Shown here in pieces: positions 63,346 to 64,000 of a stretch of DNA of 64,000 nucleotides (positions are counted from its first letter, which is position 1; every line of letters begins with the position of its first letter). Position numbers and translations under genes: made by a program. The notes beneath the pieces were generated by a model that had not been told where the DNA came from, searched no databases, and saw nothing but the letters and a program-made list of their open reading frames with translations. The stretch is from Sphyrna mokarran (lineage: Eukaryota): contig JAGIQG010000013.1 in assembly GCA_024679065.1 (NCBI GenBank), forward strand, positions 52,638,001 through 52,702,000, in the 5' to 3' direction.

Positions 63346-64000
63346 ATACAAAGCAACATGGAGGTAGGCAAACATTTCCTACCCTCGTTTAATATTCTTT
63401 TATCTCTTGCATGAAAAGGGATTTCTGGAATCTATGAGCTTATTAGGTTCTCCTGTTTTCCTATGTGCTGAATTCTCAATGCTGTTATTTGTTCAGCTGC
63501 ACAGAATGAAAAATATTTTCTGTATTTTTTTTGGTAGTTTAGCATAAACATTTTTAAGATATGTCTCAAATATTTATGGGGGCTCGACTAACAAGAAAAA
63601 CTAAGGCTTATGCTCAGCTCCCACAATTAATGCCAAGATTCCTGCAGCTGAATATCAAGTCTCAACCAACATCTAAAGTCCACACAAATACAAGTAGGCA
63701 AAGTATCACTTATTCTTTTTCCTCCTTGTCAGACCATCTCCCATGTAGTGCTGCCATTTGAAATACAATGTTTAGAATAATAAATGTAGAGTTAACCATC
63801 ATTCATTAAAGTAGGGTTGCTGGAGAATGCATTAGGATATGAAAAATTTAATGTCTTCTGGCATTCCAATGCTTGGAAATGTGCAAAGCTAATTTTCACT
63901 TTAAAACATTTTAGACTTCTTTATTCTGAAGCCTGATGAAACACCTTAACCCAGCCAACAATGTTTCTTCAAACATATTAAAAAAGAGCATTTTTCCTAT

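Noticed and set aside
63925-63950. CTGATGAAAC as another hammerhead core (similar CTGANGA hits at 3621, 8892, 11254, 51132)
   Set aside because: No helix II followed by GAAA with flanking pairing; expected by chance.
1-64000. CRISPR array, prokaryotic operon, rRNA or bona fide tRNA genes
   Set aside because: No regularly spaced repeats or long ORFs. The tRNA-like A/B boxes all belong to SINE heads.

Overview
AT-rich vertebrate genomic DNA. The repeat content (CR1 LINEs, V-domain/HE1-type tRNA SINEs, Deu-domain SINEs, Penelope-type inverted fragments) points to a cartilaginous fish, probably a shark; that is an inference from recalled repeat families, not a database result. I can support no intact host protein-coding exon, so the window looks like a gene desert or a large intron. 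Much of it is decayed mobile DNA: many CR1 fragments, a Rex1/Babar LINE end, an RTE end, an L2 end, about a dozen SINEs, a near full-length decayed Gypsy LTR element (44.5-49.0 kb), a full-length decayed Tigger/pogo transposon (37.8-39.9 kb), GC-rich TIR elements and several solo-LTR-like blocks. Between them are repeat-free, motif-dense blocks that may be conserved enhancers. The most unusual signals are (i) a ~270 bp element at 8.3-8.6 kb made of two tandem U2 snRNA 5' fragments, an internal octamer and a multi-hairpin body (candidate snRNA-headed SINE), (ii) minimal hammerhead-ribozyme cores in Penelope-like fragments, including inverted pairs, and (iii) a 125 bp locally templated insertion flanked by a 9 bp duplication. 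Repeat boundaries were read by eye and are approximate.
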